From positions 44,260 through 108,259 of the forward strand of contig JBAZSE010000003.1 of assembly GCA_041662565.1 (NCBI GenBank): 64,000 nt of DNA. Direction: 5' to 3'. The DNA is from Patescibacteria group bacterium (lineage in GTDB: Bacteria > Patescibacteriota > Patescibacteriia > UBA1558 > UBA10009). A program made the position numbers and the translations under genes. Positions within the stretch are counted from its first letter, which is position 1. Every line of letters starts with the position of its first letter. Under the pieces are notes generated by a model, which did no database searches, was not told the DNA's origin, and worked only from the letters and a program-made list of their open reading frames with translations. Positions 36,207-46,415 of the stretch are shown here, piece after piece.

Positions 36207-38162
36207 TTAGTTTTGGTCAAAATCAAAGGTAGCCGGATCGGCATTAGGCACCATTTTACCTTCTTTATAAACATAATTTTTATCTTTACCATAAGCAGAA
36301 TAATCAATTCCTTCAAAAGAGTCGTAATCAGCCCCAGCAACAACCTTATCATCAAAATAAATTACGTCTTTGCCCCTATAATAGCATCCCCTTTTTGCTA
36401 ATTCTTTAAAATTAGCAAAATCTTCATTTTCATATCTTAAAAGCTTTTGCGTGCCTCCGTTGGGAATGCACAAATAGTTCTGCATAATAAAAATTGCGTT
36501 TTTATCTTTATACTTATCATATGCTTCTTTAACAAATGTAACAGTATCCGCAAAAGGTATAATGGTTTTATAAAAAAATACATTATTTTTGTCCTTTGCG
36601 AACCCATCACCAACGACTTCAAAGCTGTCATAATCGGCATTAATAATTACTGGCGTTGGCCCTGGTAGGTAATAAATATTCCTTTTTCCTTTGGCATAGA
36701 CATGGTTGGATCCGAGGATTTTAATATCTTCAAAATTTTCATTATCAAATCTTAATAAACTGATACGCTGCTCGCCGATAAGTAGAAAAATAGAATCTTT
36801 GTCCTGATAATACGTTATTTCGTAATCACCGTAGCCCTTCAGCACGCCTTGTTTTTTCTCAAAACTAGTTGCGTCAGCTCCAGCTAAAATTTTTCCATAA
36901 GAGTAAATATTGTTATTATCTTTAGCAAGTGAATAATTAAAGATTTTAAAGCTATTTACGTCCGAACCTTCAATTTTTTGCACCTTAAAATAATTAAAAT
37001 TTTTGTCCTTGGCATATTCCGTCGCTTCACCATTATTATCTTTTATTACTTCAAAAGTTTCAAAATCAACTCCAGGTTGTGCAATCACAACGTCGTTCTC
37101 ACCCATTCCTCCGCCCATTGTTTTATATAGATTACTGTTATCATTCATATAACATTCTTCGTTGGTTTGTCTAAAACTCTGAACATCGGCGTTATTTATT
37201 GCCTGCCAACCCTCAGTGCTGCTATAAAAATAAACAAAATCCTGATCTTTGACAAAGCGGCATTTTTCATAAACAGTTAAAGTGCTTACGTTAAACAATT
37301 TTTTATCATGCAAATAGATAAAGTTTTTATCCAAAGCGTAGTCAAGATTATTATCTGTAGTTCTGGCTAATTTATCTAACTCCTCCGACTCGCCTTTGAT
37401 TAAAAGTTTAAAAGTGAGCAAATCTACGCCATTAATTATTTTAACCTGTGATCCTTTGTTCTTAAAGCCAATGTGGTAAGCATTGTTTTTATCCTTTACA
37501 TAACCAGTGGTATAACTTTTTGAGTTGTCATTTAAAAGTTCAAAGGTCTCGCCGTCAATTCCGCTAAGTATTTGATCATATTCATAAACATGATTTTTGT
37601 CTTTAGCAAAAATATTATTAACCATAACAAAGCTGGCTGGATCAGCTCCTTCGATTTTTTTTACTATATAGCCACGCATTTCTTTAGGCTTGTCTCCATC
37701 ATATTCAAAATAGTAATAAAAAACATTATTCTTATCTTTAAAATACTCCTTTTCAACTGCCAATCCAGCTTTTAAGCTTATTGTTTTTTCAACTTCGTCA
37801 ACAAATGAAAAGGTGGTGTAATCAATATTTTCTAGTTTTTTGCCGCCCAAATAGATATTATTTTTATCCTTAGCAAAACCAGCGACGGGCAAGGCCTTAA
37901 AAGTTTTAGGATCAGAACCGATAATGGGTTCACCGTATAAAGTAACATAATCGGCGTGCTTTAAATAACCCCTATCAGATCCGTAATAATCGTTTGGTTT
38001 ACCATCATTAATCGGCTGAAAAAAAATAAGCCAAACAAACCAAATAAAAAGAGGTACAGCTACCACTAAGGCGAAAGCCAAACAAAGGACGGTAAAAGCG
38101 TCCAATTTTATGCTGCTAATATATCCTCTGATTTTACACAGAAAGCTGTTTAAAAACTCCAT
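36207..38162 (-). CDS. membrane-anchored DKNYY-repeat family protein
   Basis: N-terminal TM, then at least 14 degenerate repeats centred on (F/Y)AKDKNN(V/I)(F/Y)Y, as in Pfam DKNYY-family proteins. Confidence 0.65.
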   Translation of the reverse strand: MEFLNSFLCKIRGYISSIKLDAFTVLCLAFALVVAVPLFIWFVWLIFFQPINDGKPNDYYGSDRGYLKHADYVTLYGEPIIGSDPKTFKALPVAGFAKDKNNIYLGGKKLENIDYTTFSFVDEVEKTISLKAGLAVEKEYFKDKNNVFYYYFEYDGDKPKEMRGYIVKKIEGADPASFVMVNNIFAKDKNHVYEYDQILSGIDGETFELLNDNSKSYTTGYVKDKNNAYHIGFKNKGSQVKIINGVDLLTFKLLIKGESEELDKLARTTDNNLDYALDKNFIYLHDKKLFNVSTLTVYEKCRFVKDQDFVYFYSSTEGWQAINNADVQSFRQTNEECYMNDNSNLYKTMGGGMGENDVVIAQPGVDFETFEVIKDNNGEATEYAKDKNFNYFKVQKIEGSDVNSFKIFNYSLAKDNNNIYSYGKILAGADATSFEKKQGVLKGYGDYEITYYQDKDSIFLLIGEQRISLLRFDNENFEDIKILGSNHVYAKGKRNIYYLPGPTPVIINADYDSFEVVGDGFAKDKNNVFFYKTIIPFADTVTFVKEAYDKYKDKNAIFIMQNYLCIPNGGTQKLLRYENEDFANFKELAKRGCYYRGKDVIYFDDKVVAGADYDSFEGIDYSAYGKDKNYVYKEGKMVPNADPATFDFDQN

Positions 38163-38214
38163 ATTTGTAGATTAACAACAAATATTACTCTTTTTTACAA
38201 AGATGTCAATAGTT

Positions 38215-40032
38215 TTAGCTAAGAATAGCCTTAATCCTTCTAACTCCAGCCGAAACGGCTTCTTCTTTGGCTATTTTAAAGTGGCCCATAGTACCCGTAT
38301 GTTCAACGTGCGGACCGCCACAGATCTCCTTGGAATAATCTCCAATAAAATAAACTTTGACCTTATCGCCATATTTTTCGCCAAACAAACCAACGGCGCC
38401 TTTTTGTTTGGCCTCATCAACACTCATTTCTTCAAAATGAACAGATAAATCCGCCTGAATTTGCCGATTAACGATTTCTTCAACCTGTTTAATTTGCTCG
38501 GGTGTCATTTTTTCGGGATGAGTAAAATCAAAGCGCAAGCGTTCGGCTGTGATATTTGAACCTTTTTGATTAGCATGAACTCCTAACACATCCTTTAAGG
38601 CCTGATGCAATAAATGAGTAGCCGTATGGTATTTAACTACTTGCTCGGAATTATCGGCCAAACCGCCCTTAAACATACCAACCGAGGCCGTGCGGGAAAT
38701 ACCCTGGTGTTCTTTTAATTTTTCGTTAAAATTTTTAATTAACTTTTCTTCATCAAAATTAAGACCCCTTAATCTCGCTTCCTCAATAATCATCTCTAAA
38801 GGAAATCCGTGATTTTGAAATAGATCAAAAGCCAATTCCTTATTTTGCAATCTATCAGAAATCTCTTCTTGTAATTCCCAAAATGTTCCGTCAGATTTTG
38901 GCCTGCGCGCAATAGCTTCATCTAATTTTCTTAAACCGTTTTCCAAAGATTTCTCAAAAGCATCTTCTTCTCTAATTAAAGCCAATTTTACTTTGTTTAT
39001 ATTTTTTCCAATCTCTGTATAAAATTCTTCGTATGCTTCAAAAATGAATTCAACTAAATTAGAGGTAAGTGGAATTTCTAAAGATATCCCTATTTTACGA
39101 GCGTGCCGAACGGCCCTTCTAATGAGTTTTCTGACAACATACCCCTGCTTAAGATTAGATGGGAAAATACCAATGTCATCAGACATAATAAACACAGCGG
39201 CCTTTATATGGTCAGCAATAATCCTTCCTGATTGTTCATTATAATCTTTAGCAATAGATTTTAAATAATCTAAAATCGGAACAAACAATTCAATTTCGTA
39301 AACCGAATTTTTGCCTTGCAAGGCAGCCGCGGTTCTTTCCAAACCCATACCGGTATCAACGTTTTTTTGCACCAAAGGTTCATAAACACCGGCAGTGGTA
39401 CGGTTATACTGCATAAAAACATTGTTCCAAATTTCCACCCAGTTTTTATCTGAAGAATCAAATGTGGCCGGCGGCTGAGAAGCGGAAGTCCAATAAAAAA
39501 TCTCCGTATCCGGACCTTGGGGACCGGGGTTTTTACCGCCTGCCGGCCACCAGTTATCTTCTTTACCTAAACGGACAATTCTTTCTTCAGACACTCCAAC
39601 CGAACGCCAAAGATCATATGACTCCTGATCAAACGGACAATCTTCATCGCCGGCAAAAACAGTAATAGCCAATTTTTGAGGATCAAGGCCAAGCCACTTA
39701 ATATCGGTTAAAAACTCCCAACTCCATTTGATTGCCTCTTCTTTCCAATAACTACCTAAACTCCAGTTGCCCAACATTTCAAAAAAAGTTAAATGGGTGG
39801 CATCGCCAACTTCATCAATATCCCCTGTTCTAATGCATTTTTGAACTGAAGCCAAAAGCTTGCCCGATGGGTGCTTTTCGCCCAACAAAAAAGGCACCAA
39901 AGGATGCATACCGGCGGTGGTAAATAAAACAGAAGGGTCGTTTTCCGGAATTAAAGAAGCCGAAGGAATAATGGTATGCCCTTTTTGTTTAAAAAATTCC
40001 AAATATTTTTGACGAATTTCGGAGGCCTTCAT
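38215..40032 (-). CDS. alaS: alanine--tRNA ligase, short form lacking the C-Ala domain
   Basis: FTTAGMHP, QKCIRT.DIDEVG and HLTFFEMLGNWS catalytic motifs. HxxxH/CxxxH editing-domain region present. Ends at 605 aa, whereas full-length AlaRS is about 870 aa. Confidence 0.85.
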   Translation of the reverse strand: MKASEIRQKYLEFFKQKGHTIIPSASLIPENDPSVLFTTAGMHPLVPFLLGEKHPSGKLLASVQKCIRTGDIDEVGDATHLTFFEMLGNWSLGSYWKEEAIKWSWEFLTDIKWLGLDPQKLAITVFAGDEDCPFDQESYDLWRSVGVSEERIVRLGKEDNWWPAGGKNPGPQGPDTEIFYWTSASQPPATFDSSDKNWVEIWNNVFMQYNRTTAGVYEPLVQKNVDTGMGLERTAAALQGKNSVYEIELFVPILDYLKSIAKDYNEQSGRIIADHIKAAVFIMSDDIGIFPSNLKQGYVVRKLIRRAVRHARKIGISLEIPLTSNLVEFIFEAYEEFYTEIGKNINKVKLALIREEDAFEKSLENGLRKLDEAIARRPKSDGTFWELQEEISDRLQNKELAFDLFQNHGFPLEMIIEEARLRGLNFDEEKLIKNFNEKLKEHQGISRTASVGMFKGGLADNSEQVVKYHTATHLLHQALKDVLGVHANQKGSNITAERLRFDFTHPEKMTPEQIKQVEEIVNRQIQADLSVHFEEMSVDEAKQKGAVGLFGEKYGDKVKVYFIGDYSKEICGGPHVEHTGTMGHFKIAKEEAVSAGVRRIKAILS

Positions 40033-40718
40033 AATTTAATTTTATAGCTAACGTTCCTCACTATATAACCATAAAAGCGGGCATAAATCAACCAGCAGGC
40101 AAAAGCACCGCCGATAATATCTGCAATCAAATCCTCGCCCGTATCCCACAAAAAACTTTTATTATCTCCGAACATTTTGGAATGCTTAAAAATCAGATCG
40201 ATAAAACTTTCATAAAATTCCCAGGCCACGGACAAAAAAATAATAATCAAAGCGTTGATGAATAAAGTGATAAAAAGATTGGTTTTTTTAAAAATAATTT
40301 TTTGCAATAAGATGGGGATCACCGCGGTTAATGTAAAAATCATCACCGGATTTATAAAATGAACAAAAGTATCGTAATAAGCAGTGTGCGGATTAGTGTA
40401 AAAACCTAATGATCCCAAAAGATTTAAAAATCCTGCTAAAGCCAAAACAAACTGAACTCTGATTAAAAACTCGGGGCTAAAAGTTTTTTGAAATCTTAAC
40501 CAATTATCAAACAGATAATCGGGCAAGATTATAAAAATAATTGTTATGGCGTAACCGGCCAATTTTAAATAATCCCCAATGCCAAAAAAAACCACACAGG
40601 AAATTGCGATTATCCAAATAATCAAGCCAATAAGCTTTTTTTCCAATTTTGCCAGCATAACCTTATTATATAATCTTCCCGCCTCCCAGACAAACATCAT
40701 CGCTGTAAAATACCGCAA
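40029..40718 (-). CDS. hypothetical polytopic membrane protein (real start probably the internal Met near nt 40658)
   Basis: 5-6 hydrophobic helices. The tracked start would overlap mnmA by 53 nt. Confidence 0.45.
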   Translation of the reverse strand: MRYFTAMMFVWEAGRLYNKVMLAKLEKKLIGLIIWIIAISCVVFFGIGDYLKLAGYAITIIFIILPDYLFDNWLRFQKTFSPEFLIRVQFVLALAGFLNLLGSLGFYTNPHTAYYDTFVHFINPVMIFTLTAVIPILLQKIIFKKTNLFITLFINALIIIFLSVAWEFYESFIDLIFKHSKMFGDNKSFLWDTGEDLIADIIGGAFACWLIYARFYGYIVRNVSYKIKL

Positions 40719-41805
40719 ACTGCCCCGGTGTTATGGCTCTCTGGGGTTCTTTAAACACAACTTTAAGCAGATGATTGGAAATTTGAAGTTTGGTATTTTT
40801 TTGTGAATTGTTAGCGGTAGATGGTTGCTTTTCGATAACGCACTCCTGATCACCTTGCCTGTATCTGATTTTAACCGAACATTTTAAAGGTAGTTTTGGC
40901 TCTTGATTGGAAATCCAATGAATTTCGGAAACCAACATCTCTTGTTTAAATAAGGCCTCATCCTGATCTCCACGAGCAACAATTAATCTGTTAGCCGTCA
41001 AATCCTTATCAACTACGTAATAAGGCATGCCTCCGCCAACACCAATCCCCTTTCTTTGACCAATCGTGTAAAACCAAACGCCCTCATGCACGCCGATTTT
41101 TTTATTTTCAGTAGTAACAATATCTCCTATTTGCGGTTTTATCCTTTGTTGTAAAAATTCTTTCATGGCAACTTCGCCCACAAAACAAATTCCTTGACTA
41201 TCTGGTTTTTTAGCCGTTGCCAAGCCGTATTTATCAGCCAGTTGTCTGACAGCCGGCTTAGCATACTCGCCTATTGGAAATAAACAATGAGACAGTTGTT
41301 CCTGTGTAATTTGATATAAAAAATATGATTGATCTTTATTGGGATCTAAACCTTTTAACAACTGATAACTTACACTTTGTTTTTTGTCGCTTGTTGATTG
41401 TTTATTCCTGACATAATGTCCTGTGGCTACAAAATCCGCGCCGCGTTCAAGAGCGTAATTTAAAAACGGCTTAAACTTTACTTGGCTGTTGCACAAAACA
41501 TCCGGATTGGGCGTTCGTCCCTCTTGATATTCGTTAAATAAATAATCCACCACATCGCGCCTATATTCTTTTTCAAAACTAACCACAGAAAGTTTTATGC
41601 CTAATTGCGAAGCCACCAAACGCGCGTCTTTTTCATCAGAATTTAACGGGCACATTAACAAACCTTCGGCTGTTGAACGCGGAGTCCAATTTTTCATAAA
41701 AACCGCTTCTACCTGATAACCCTGTTCTAATAACAAAGCACAAGTAACCGAAGAATCTACTCCGCCCGATAGCGCCACAATTACTTTTTCTTTTTTTAAT
41801 AACAT
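40666..41805 (-). CDS. mnmA: tRNA-specific 2-thiouridylase MnmA
   Basis: VIVALSGGVDSSV PP-loop and a conserved Cys pair. Confidence 0.9.
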   Translation of the reverse strand: MLLKKEKVIVALSGGVDSSVTCALLLEQGYQVEAVFMKNWTPRSTAEGLLMCPLNSDEKDARLVASQLGIKLSVVSFEKEYRRDVVDYLFNEYQEGRTPNPDVLCNSQVKFKPFLNYALERGADFVATGHYVRNKQSTSDKKQSVSYQLLKGLDPNKDQSYFLYQITQEQLSHCLFPIGEYAKPAVRQLADKYGLATAKKPDSQGICFVGEVAMKEFLQQRIKPQIGDIVTTENKKIGVHEGVWFYTIGQRKGIGVGGGMPYYVVDKDLTANRLIVARGDQDEALFKQEMLVSEIHWISNQEPKLPLKCSVKIRYRQGDQECVIEKQPSTANNSQKNTKLQISNHLLKVVFKEPQRAITPGQFAVFYSDDVCLGGGKII

Positions 41806-41809
41806 GATT

Positions 41810-42787
41810 CTATTTTCCTATATTAAATTTAAGATAATGTCCGATTTTGGCCTTGGCCTTAGATGCCTCAAAATTCTTTTTAAACTCCGGATCAACTTCG
41901 GTTAATCGTTTATCTTTAACCCAGGGATTGATGACCCTAAATTTATTTGGGTATACTAAATCATAATCATCACGACTCCCTTTTAAATTAATTTTCCTAA
42001 TTCGCTTGATAAAATTCAGCCTGGAATTTATCCAAGGGTCTTGTATTAAGTTTAATTTGGCTAGTAACTCTTTATCGCCCAACCAAAAATCTTCAATACT
42101 GATAATCTTTTTATCAATAGCATGTTTCAAAATTTCTCCCATTAAATAAAAAGATAATTCGCCCCAATCAGAATGCCAAACTTCGGCCTGCATTTTTAAC
42201 GATAATTTTCCTAATAATTTTGCCGGCGCTAAATTGTTAAAAACAAAACCCCGCTTATCAACACTTAAATCATTTAAAACTTGTTTAATCAATTTTTTAC
42301 TAGCTAAACCGGCCGCAAAACTATCTCTTAATGTATAATCCAACCGGTCAGCACATAAATTAGGCAGATCATTGTCCAAAAGCGACCAATTGGCAAAATT
42401 ACCAATTTTTTTTGATGATAAACCTTCGAATTCAAGAATCTTCTCAATTACCCTGTCATTGATAAAATCTTGATGGATTGAATCCTGATGATCGGCTTTG
42501 ATATTGTTATCATAAAAATAATCAATCACATGAGAAAAAGCCTGGTGGGAAATATCATGCAATAAACCAGCAACCTGTTCTGCTAAACCGGCATTAAACC
42601 TTTTTAACAGCAACATAACGCCGATTGAATGCTCAAATCGATTAGTGTTAAATTTTGGCCAAAAATAAAAATAGATGCCATTTTGGTGAACTTTTTTCAA
42701 CCTTTGCATTTGAGGCAGTTTAAGTAATTTTAAAATAATCGGTTCATTAATTTCGAATCTGCCGTAAACTTTATCGTTGTATTGCAT
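41810..42787 (-). CDS. HD-domain phosphohydrolase
   Basis: H ... HD ... D metal-binding motif (FEHSIGV ... LLHDISH). Confidence 0.7.
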   Translation of the reverse strand: MQYNDKVYGRFEINEPIILKLLKLPQMQRLKKVHQNGIYFYFWPKFNTNRFEHSIGVMLLLKRFNAGLAEQVAGLLHDISHQAFSHVIDYFYDNNIKADHQDSIHQDFINDRVIEKILEFEGLSSKKIGNFANWSLLDNDLPNLCADRLDYTLRDSFAAGLASKKLIKQVLNDLSVDKRGFVFNNLAPAKLLGKLSLKMQAEVWHSDWGELSFYLMGEILKHAIDKKIISIEDFWLGDKELLAKLNLIQDPWINSRLNFIKRIRKINLKGSRDDYDLVYPNKFRVINPWVKDKRLTEVDPEFKKNFEASKAKAKIGHYLKFNIGK

Positions 42788-42829
42788 GATTTTTTATGAG
42801 TCTTTATTTTTAACTGTTTACATTATATA

Positions 42830-43273
42830 ATGGTAATAATTATAAAAGCAAATATGGAAACAATAAATAGACCAAAAGTAGGTATTGGTGTAATTCTGAT
42901 AAAAGAAGATAAAATCCTAATGGGCTTAAGAAAAAACTCTCACGGAACAGGCACCTGGGGTTTTCCCGGCGGTCATTTGGAATTAAATGAATCTATTGAA
43001 GAATGCTCCATTAGAGAAGTGTTGGAAGAAAGCGGTTTAACCATAAAAAATATTAGGCACTTGGCCTTTACCAATGATATTTTTACCGATGAAAACAAGC
43101 ACTACGTTACCTTATTTATTTTAGCCGATTACAATTCGGGTGAATTAAAAAACTTGGAACCGCAAAAATTGGAAAAATGGGAATGGTTTAAACCCAGCCA
43201 ACTCCCCTCACCGTTATTTTTCCCGATTTTAAATTTATTAAAACAAGATATTAAATTATTTAAACAAGAATGA
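42830..43273 (+). CDS. NUDIX hydrolase
   Basis: Nudix box GFPGGHLELNESIEECSIREVLEESGL. Confidence 0.8.
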   Translation: MVIIIKANMETINRPKVGIGVILIKEDKILMGLRKNSHGTGTWGFPGGHLELNESIEECSIREVLEESGLTIKNIRHLAFTNDIFTDENKHYVTLFILADYNSGELKNLEPQKLEKWEWFKPSQLPSPLFFPILNLLKQDIKLFKQE

Positions 43274-43845
43274 AAAAAATAATTCTAGCTTCAAACTCGC
43301 CTCGGCGAAAGCAAATCCTAAAAATTACCGGTTTACCTTTTACAGTTGTAGCCAGCAACTATAAAGAAAATATGGATCTTAAAATGAACCCGCTTAAACT
43401 GGCTAAATTTTTATCTCAAGGCAAGGTTAAAGATGTGGCTAAAAAATATTCCAATCATTTGATTATCGGAGCAGATACATTTGTGGTTCTTAAAAATAAA
43501 CTTTTAGGCAAACCTAAAAATAGTGCCGCAGCCCGAATTATGCTCAAAAAAATCAGCGGCCAAATTGTTGATGTTATTACAGGTTTTAGCGTTTTAGACA
43601 GCCAAAGCAAAAAAATAATCTCTCACTCACAAACAAGTAAAATATATATTAAAAAATTAAGTTTGTCTGAAATTAACAACTACATTAAAACCGGCGATCC
43701 TTTGGATAAAGCCGGCGCTTTTGCCGTACAAGGGATTGGCGCATTAATCATCAAAAAAATCGAAGGCGATTATTTTAACATTGTGGGCTTGCCTTTATTT
43801 GCCTTGTCAAAAACACTAAAAAAATTTGGAATTTCTATTCTTTAA
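43270..43845 (+). CDS. maf: Maf-family nucleoside triphosphate pyrophosphatase
   Basis: ILASNSPRRKQIL N-terminus. Overlaps the NUDIX gene by 4 nt. Confidence 0.8.
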   Translation: MKKIILASNSPRRKQILKITGLPFTVVASNYKENMDLKMNPLKLAKFLSQGKVKDVAKKYSNHLIIGADTFVVLKNKLLGKPKNSAAARIMLKKISGQIVDVITGFSVLDSQSKKIISHSQTSKIYIKKLSLSEINNYIKTGDPLDKAGAFAVQGIGALIIKKIEGDYFNIVGLPLFALSKTLKKFGISIL

Positions 43846-43861
43846 TTCGAATTAAAAAAAC

Positions 43862-43893
43862 ACCCTGGATTTATCAGGGTGTTTTAATTATTT
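43862..43893. terminator. bidirectional terminator
   Basis: A-run-ACACCCTG-gatttat-CAGGGTGT-T-run between convergent genes. Confidence 0.55.
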
Positions 43894-45385
43894 ACAATTT
43901 TGGCATATTTTGAGGTGCCACAGGTGGAATAGCGTTAGGTTGCTGCTCTATACCTCTTCTGGCAGGCATTTGCCCCTCTGTACCCTGCCTTAATCCTGGC
44001 TTAAGGGGCTGGGTATTGGGTCTTTCATCATTTTTATTTGCTTCATTTTTTGGTTCTGCCGAATCCTCTTTGTCTTTTTCAACTTTTTCGGCTTTTTTAA
44101 CTTCTGCCATTTTTCTATCCATTTTTTTTAGTAATTCCGGATCAGCTTGCCTAATAACCCTTTGCATAACTGGCGCGGGATTTATTTCTTTCTTTAATTC
44201 TTGGATATTTTTCTGATTATCCATTTTTTCCAAACGATTATTAAGGTTTTCCACCTTTCTTTCTTGAACTTGCTGTAAGGCCTCTTTAGCCCGAGCATTT
44301 TTAACTTCTTGGCGTAAACGATCAATTACTTCAATAGATTTGGTATCACCGGAATCTTCCAGGGGCTGCAACAAATCTTGTTGCTGTTCGGGAGTTTTGG
44401 TTTCTTCTAAAAGCTGTTTTAAATTATTCAAGCGATTTTGCTCAAATTTTTTAAGCGGTACCATTAATGCCTTTAAATTCGGATCAACTTTGCTTTGTTC
44501 ATCCAAACCCTCTTTAAGAAAATTTATCACCCTTAACTGATCGGCATCTTGGCCGGACAGGCCATCCAATTGGGAATTAAATTCTTTAGCGGATCCGCTG
44601 CCCTCTTCTTTCATTTGCTCGAAAAACTTTTCCCTAACAGCTTGATTGGCCTCCCTTACGCCCTGGCGCATTTCTTCATCTTCCATTTTATCGCCTAATT
44701 TTTGGATAACTTTTAAATTTAAGAGCTGATCGGAAATTGTTCCGTTTTCGCTAGCAGAAGATTCAGCCGCTTTTTCCAAGCGCTCCTTAATTTTTTCCTG
44801 ATTCTTTTCAACTCGTTGTAAAAATTGGCCGAATTTTTCCAAAGTTTTTTCTTTGATGGCTTCAAATTTTTGCTTTTGCTCTTCGGTTAAGCCAGCTGTT
44901 TTTTCTTCAATCTTATCCATAACCTGCTGTTGCTTGAGCTGGTTATCGGTAATTTTATCCAACAGTTTTTCGGCGCTTGCGCTATTTTTTTCTTTTATGG
45001 CCTCAACCCTGGCTTGCACTTTATCCATCATTTCTTGGTATTTTTGCAAACTTTTTTCTACCATGGCCTGGGCCTTGGCATTATCGGGATTTTCTTGAGC
45101 AATTTTTTTGGCTTCCAACAATTTTTCATTGGCAATGTTTAACTGTAATTCGGCTTTTTTTTCTGCATTAAAAGTTAAGGTTGTTTTGATTGTTCGGCCT
45201 AAATTTTTAAACCAGTAGCCAAAGGCATTGGTTGGTAAAACCGTTGGTTCAGCTACTCCTAAATCGCTCGAAGTAACTTCGGCCGTGGCTGTTGATTCAA
45301 CAACTGCCTGGTCTTGCGCTAAAACAGGCCCAGCCAAAGATAGGCAAAACAAGGATATTATGAAAAGAAATAATAATTTCCGCAT
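43892..45385 (-). CDS. secreted low-complexity coiled-coil protein (Glu/Lys/Gln-rich)
   Basis: Signal peptide ending LAGPVLAQD followed by ~470 aa of heptad-rich charged sequence. Confidence 0.55.
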   Translation of the reverse strand: MRKLLFLFIISLFCLSLAGPVLAQDQAVVESTATAEVTSSDLGVAEPTVLPTNAFGYWFKNLGRTIKTTLTFNAEKKAELQLNIANEKLLEAKKIAQENPDNAKAQAMVEKSLQKYQEMMDKVQARVEAIKEKNSASAEKLLDKITDNQLKQQQVMDKIEEKTAGLTEEQKQKFEAIKEKTLEKFGQFLQRVEKNQEKIKERLEKAAESSASENGTISDQLLNLKVIQKLGDKMEDEEMRQGVREANQAVREKFFEQMKEEGSGSAKEFNSQLDGLSGQDADQLRVINFLKEGLDEQSKVDPNLKALMVPLKKFEQNRLNNLKQLLEETKTPEQQQDLLQPLEDSGDTKSIEVIDRLRQEVKNARAKEALQQVQERKVENLNNRLEKMDNQKNIQELKKEINPAPVMQRVIRQADPELLKKMDRKMAEVKKAEKVEKDKEDSAEPKNEANKNDERPNTQPLKPGLRQGTEGQMPARRGIEQQPNAIPPVAPQNMPKL

Positions 45386-45455
45386 ATTTATTTTTGTTTA
45401 ATGATAAATCTTTTTAATTATATCACAAAATTACTAAAAATCATACTTTAAAAAG

Positions 45456-45959
45456 CTACTTAATCTCCCCCTTTTTATAAGATATAACAACTGAAACAAT
45501 AGCCAAAAGCCAAATAACTATTTCCAAATACCAGTACCAATGATGAAAATAATTATCCACCAAAAATCCGCCGGTAAAACCAACATTATAAACTCCAATT
45601 AAACCATCGTAAAATGGCCATAGCCACCTTACGCCCACAAAAGCCGTATCCAAGAACAAATGCAAAAATACATTGGCAAAAATGATAATTGTTGAATATT
45701 TAAGCCAGGATTTTTTGTAAATTTTGTAGAACAGCCAGCCGATTAACACTAAAACCAGCCAAAACAATGGAATGTAGGTAAAAAAATATCGATGGCTACC
45801 AATGGAATTCTTGAATAAAATCGGATAAATAATGTCAAAATCCGGTAAAACAGAGCCCAATAAACCCAACCCCAGCCACAATTTGCTGATTGGCAAACGA
45901 TTTTTTTTAATCAGCCAGCGGGTTAAAAAGTATCCAGCCGGCAAATGTCCGATAAGCAT
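45456..45959 (-). CDS. small polytopic membrane protein, possibly DUF457-type membrane-bound metal-dependent hydrolase
   Basis: 4-5 TM helices. His-rich motifs (GSHRYF, HLFLD, HHWYW). Confidence 0.4.
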   Translation of the reverse strand: MLIGHLPAGYFLTRWLIKKNRLPISKLWLGLGLLGSVLPDFDIIYPILFKNSIGSHRYFFTYIPLFWLVLVLIGWLFYKIYKKSWLKYSTIIIFANVFLHLFLDTAFVGVRWLWPFYDGLIGVYNVGFTGGFLVDNYFHHWYWYLEIVIWLLAIVSVVISYKKGEIK

Positions 45960-46004
45960 ATTTGAATGGTAGATTATTTATCAGTTGAATTCTATTATAC
46001 CAAA

Positions 46005-46033
46005 CTTGACAGAAAAACAAAAATCAGTTATTC
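46005..46033 (+). promoter_or_regulatory. candidate promoter for rpmA
   Basis: TTGACA-17nt-TATTCT. Confidence 0.35.
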
Positions 46034-46068
46034 TATTAATCAAATAAGCTATTAATCTATTATTTCAT

Positions 46069-46347
46069 ATGGCTCATAAAAAAGCAGGCGGTTCAACAGA
46101 ACTAGGCCGCGATTCACAGGCAAAAAGATTAGGAGTTAAAAAACATGCCGGCGAAATAGTTAAAACCGGAATGATTTTGGTTCGCCAAAGAGGCACAAAA
46201 ATTAGGCCAGGCGTAGGCGTTAAAAAAGGCAAAGATGATACTTTGTTTGCCATTAACCCAGGCGTGGTTAAATACTCAACCAAAAAAATCAAACGGTTTG
46301 ACGGCAATTTAAAACCCGCTAAATTCGCCAGCGTTGTGTCTAAATAA
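46069..46347 (+). CDS. rpmA: 50S ribosomal protein L27
   Basis: [24 protein letters not shown]. Confidence 0.9.
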   Translation: MAHKKAGGSTELGRDSQAKRLGVKKHAGEIVKTGMILVRQRGTKIRPGVGVKKGKDDTLFAINPGVVKYSTKKIKRFDGNLKPAKFASVVSK

Positions 46348-46362
46348 AATTAAATTGTTTTA

Positions 46363-46397
46363 AAAAATCCAACCCTTTCTGGGGTTGGATTTTTTTG
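46363..46397. terminator. bidirectional terminator between rpmA and ftsX
   Basis: AAAAAATCCAACCC-tttct-GGGGTTGGATTTTTTT. Confidence 0.6.
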
Positions 46398-46415
46398 ATC
46401 TTTTAAACTATTGAA

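Noticed and set aside
44016-45171. Several plus-strand ORFs (44016.., 44340.., 44853.., 44930.., 44977..) antisense to the coiled-coil protein gene
   Set aside because: Antisense translation of low-complexity GAA/AAA-rich coding sequence gives long stop-free Phe/Ser/Leu-rich frames. This is an artefact of composition.
46069-46347. rpmA (L27) standing alone without rplU (L21) upstream
   Set aside because: Unusual relative to the common rplU-rpmA operon, but gene-order shuffling of ribosomal proteins is frequent in reduced genomes. Cannot be evaluated without the rest of the genome.
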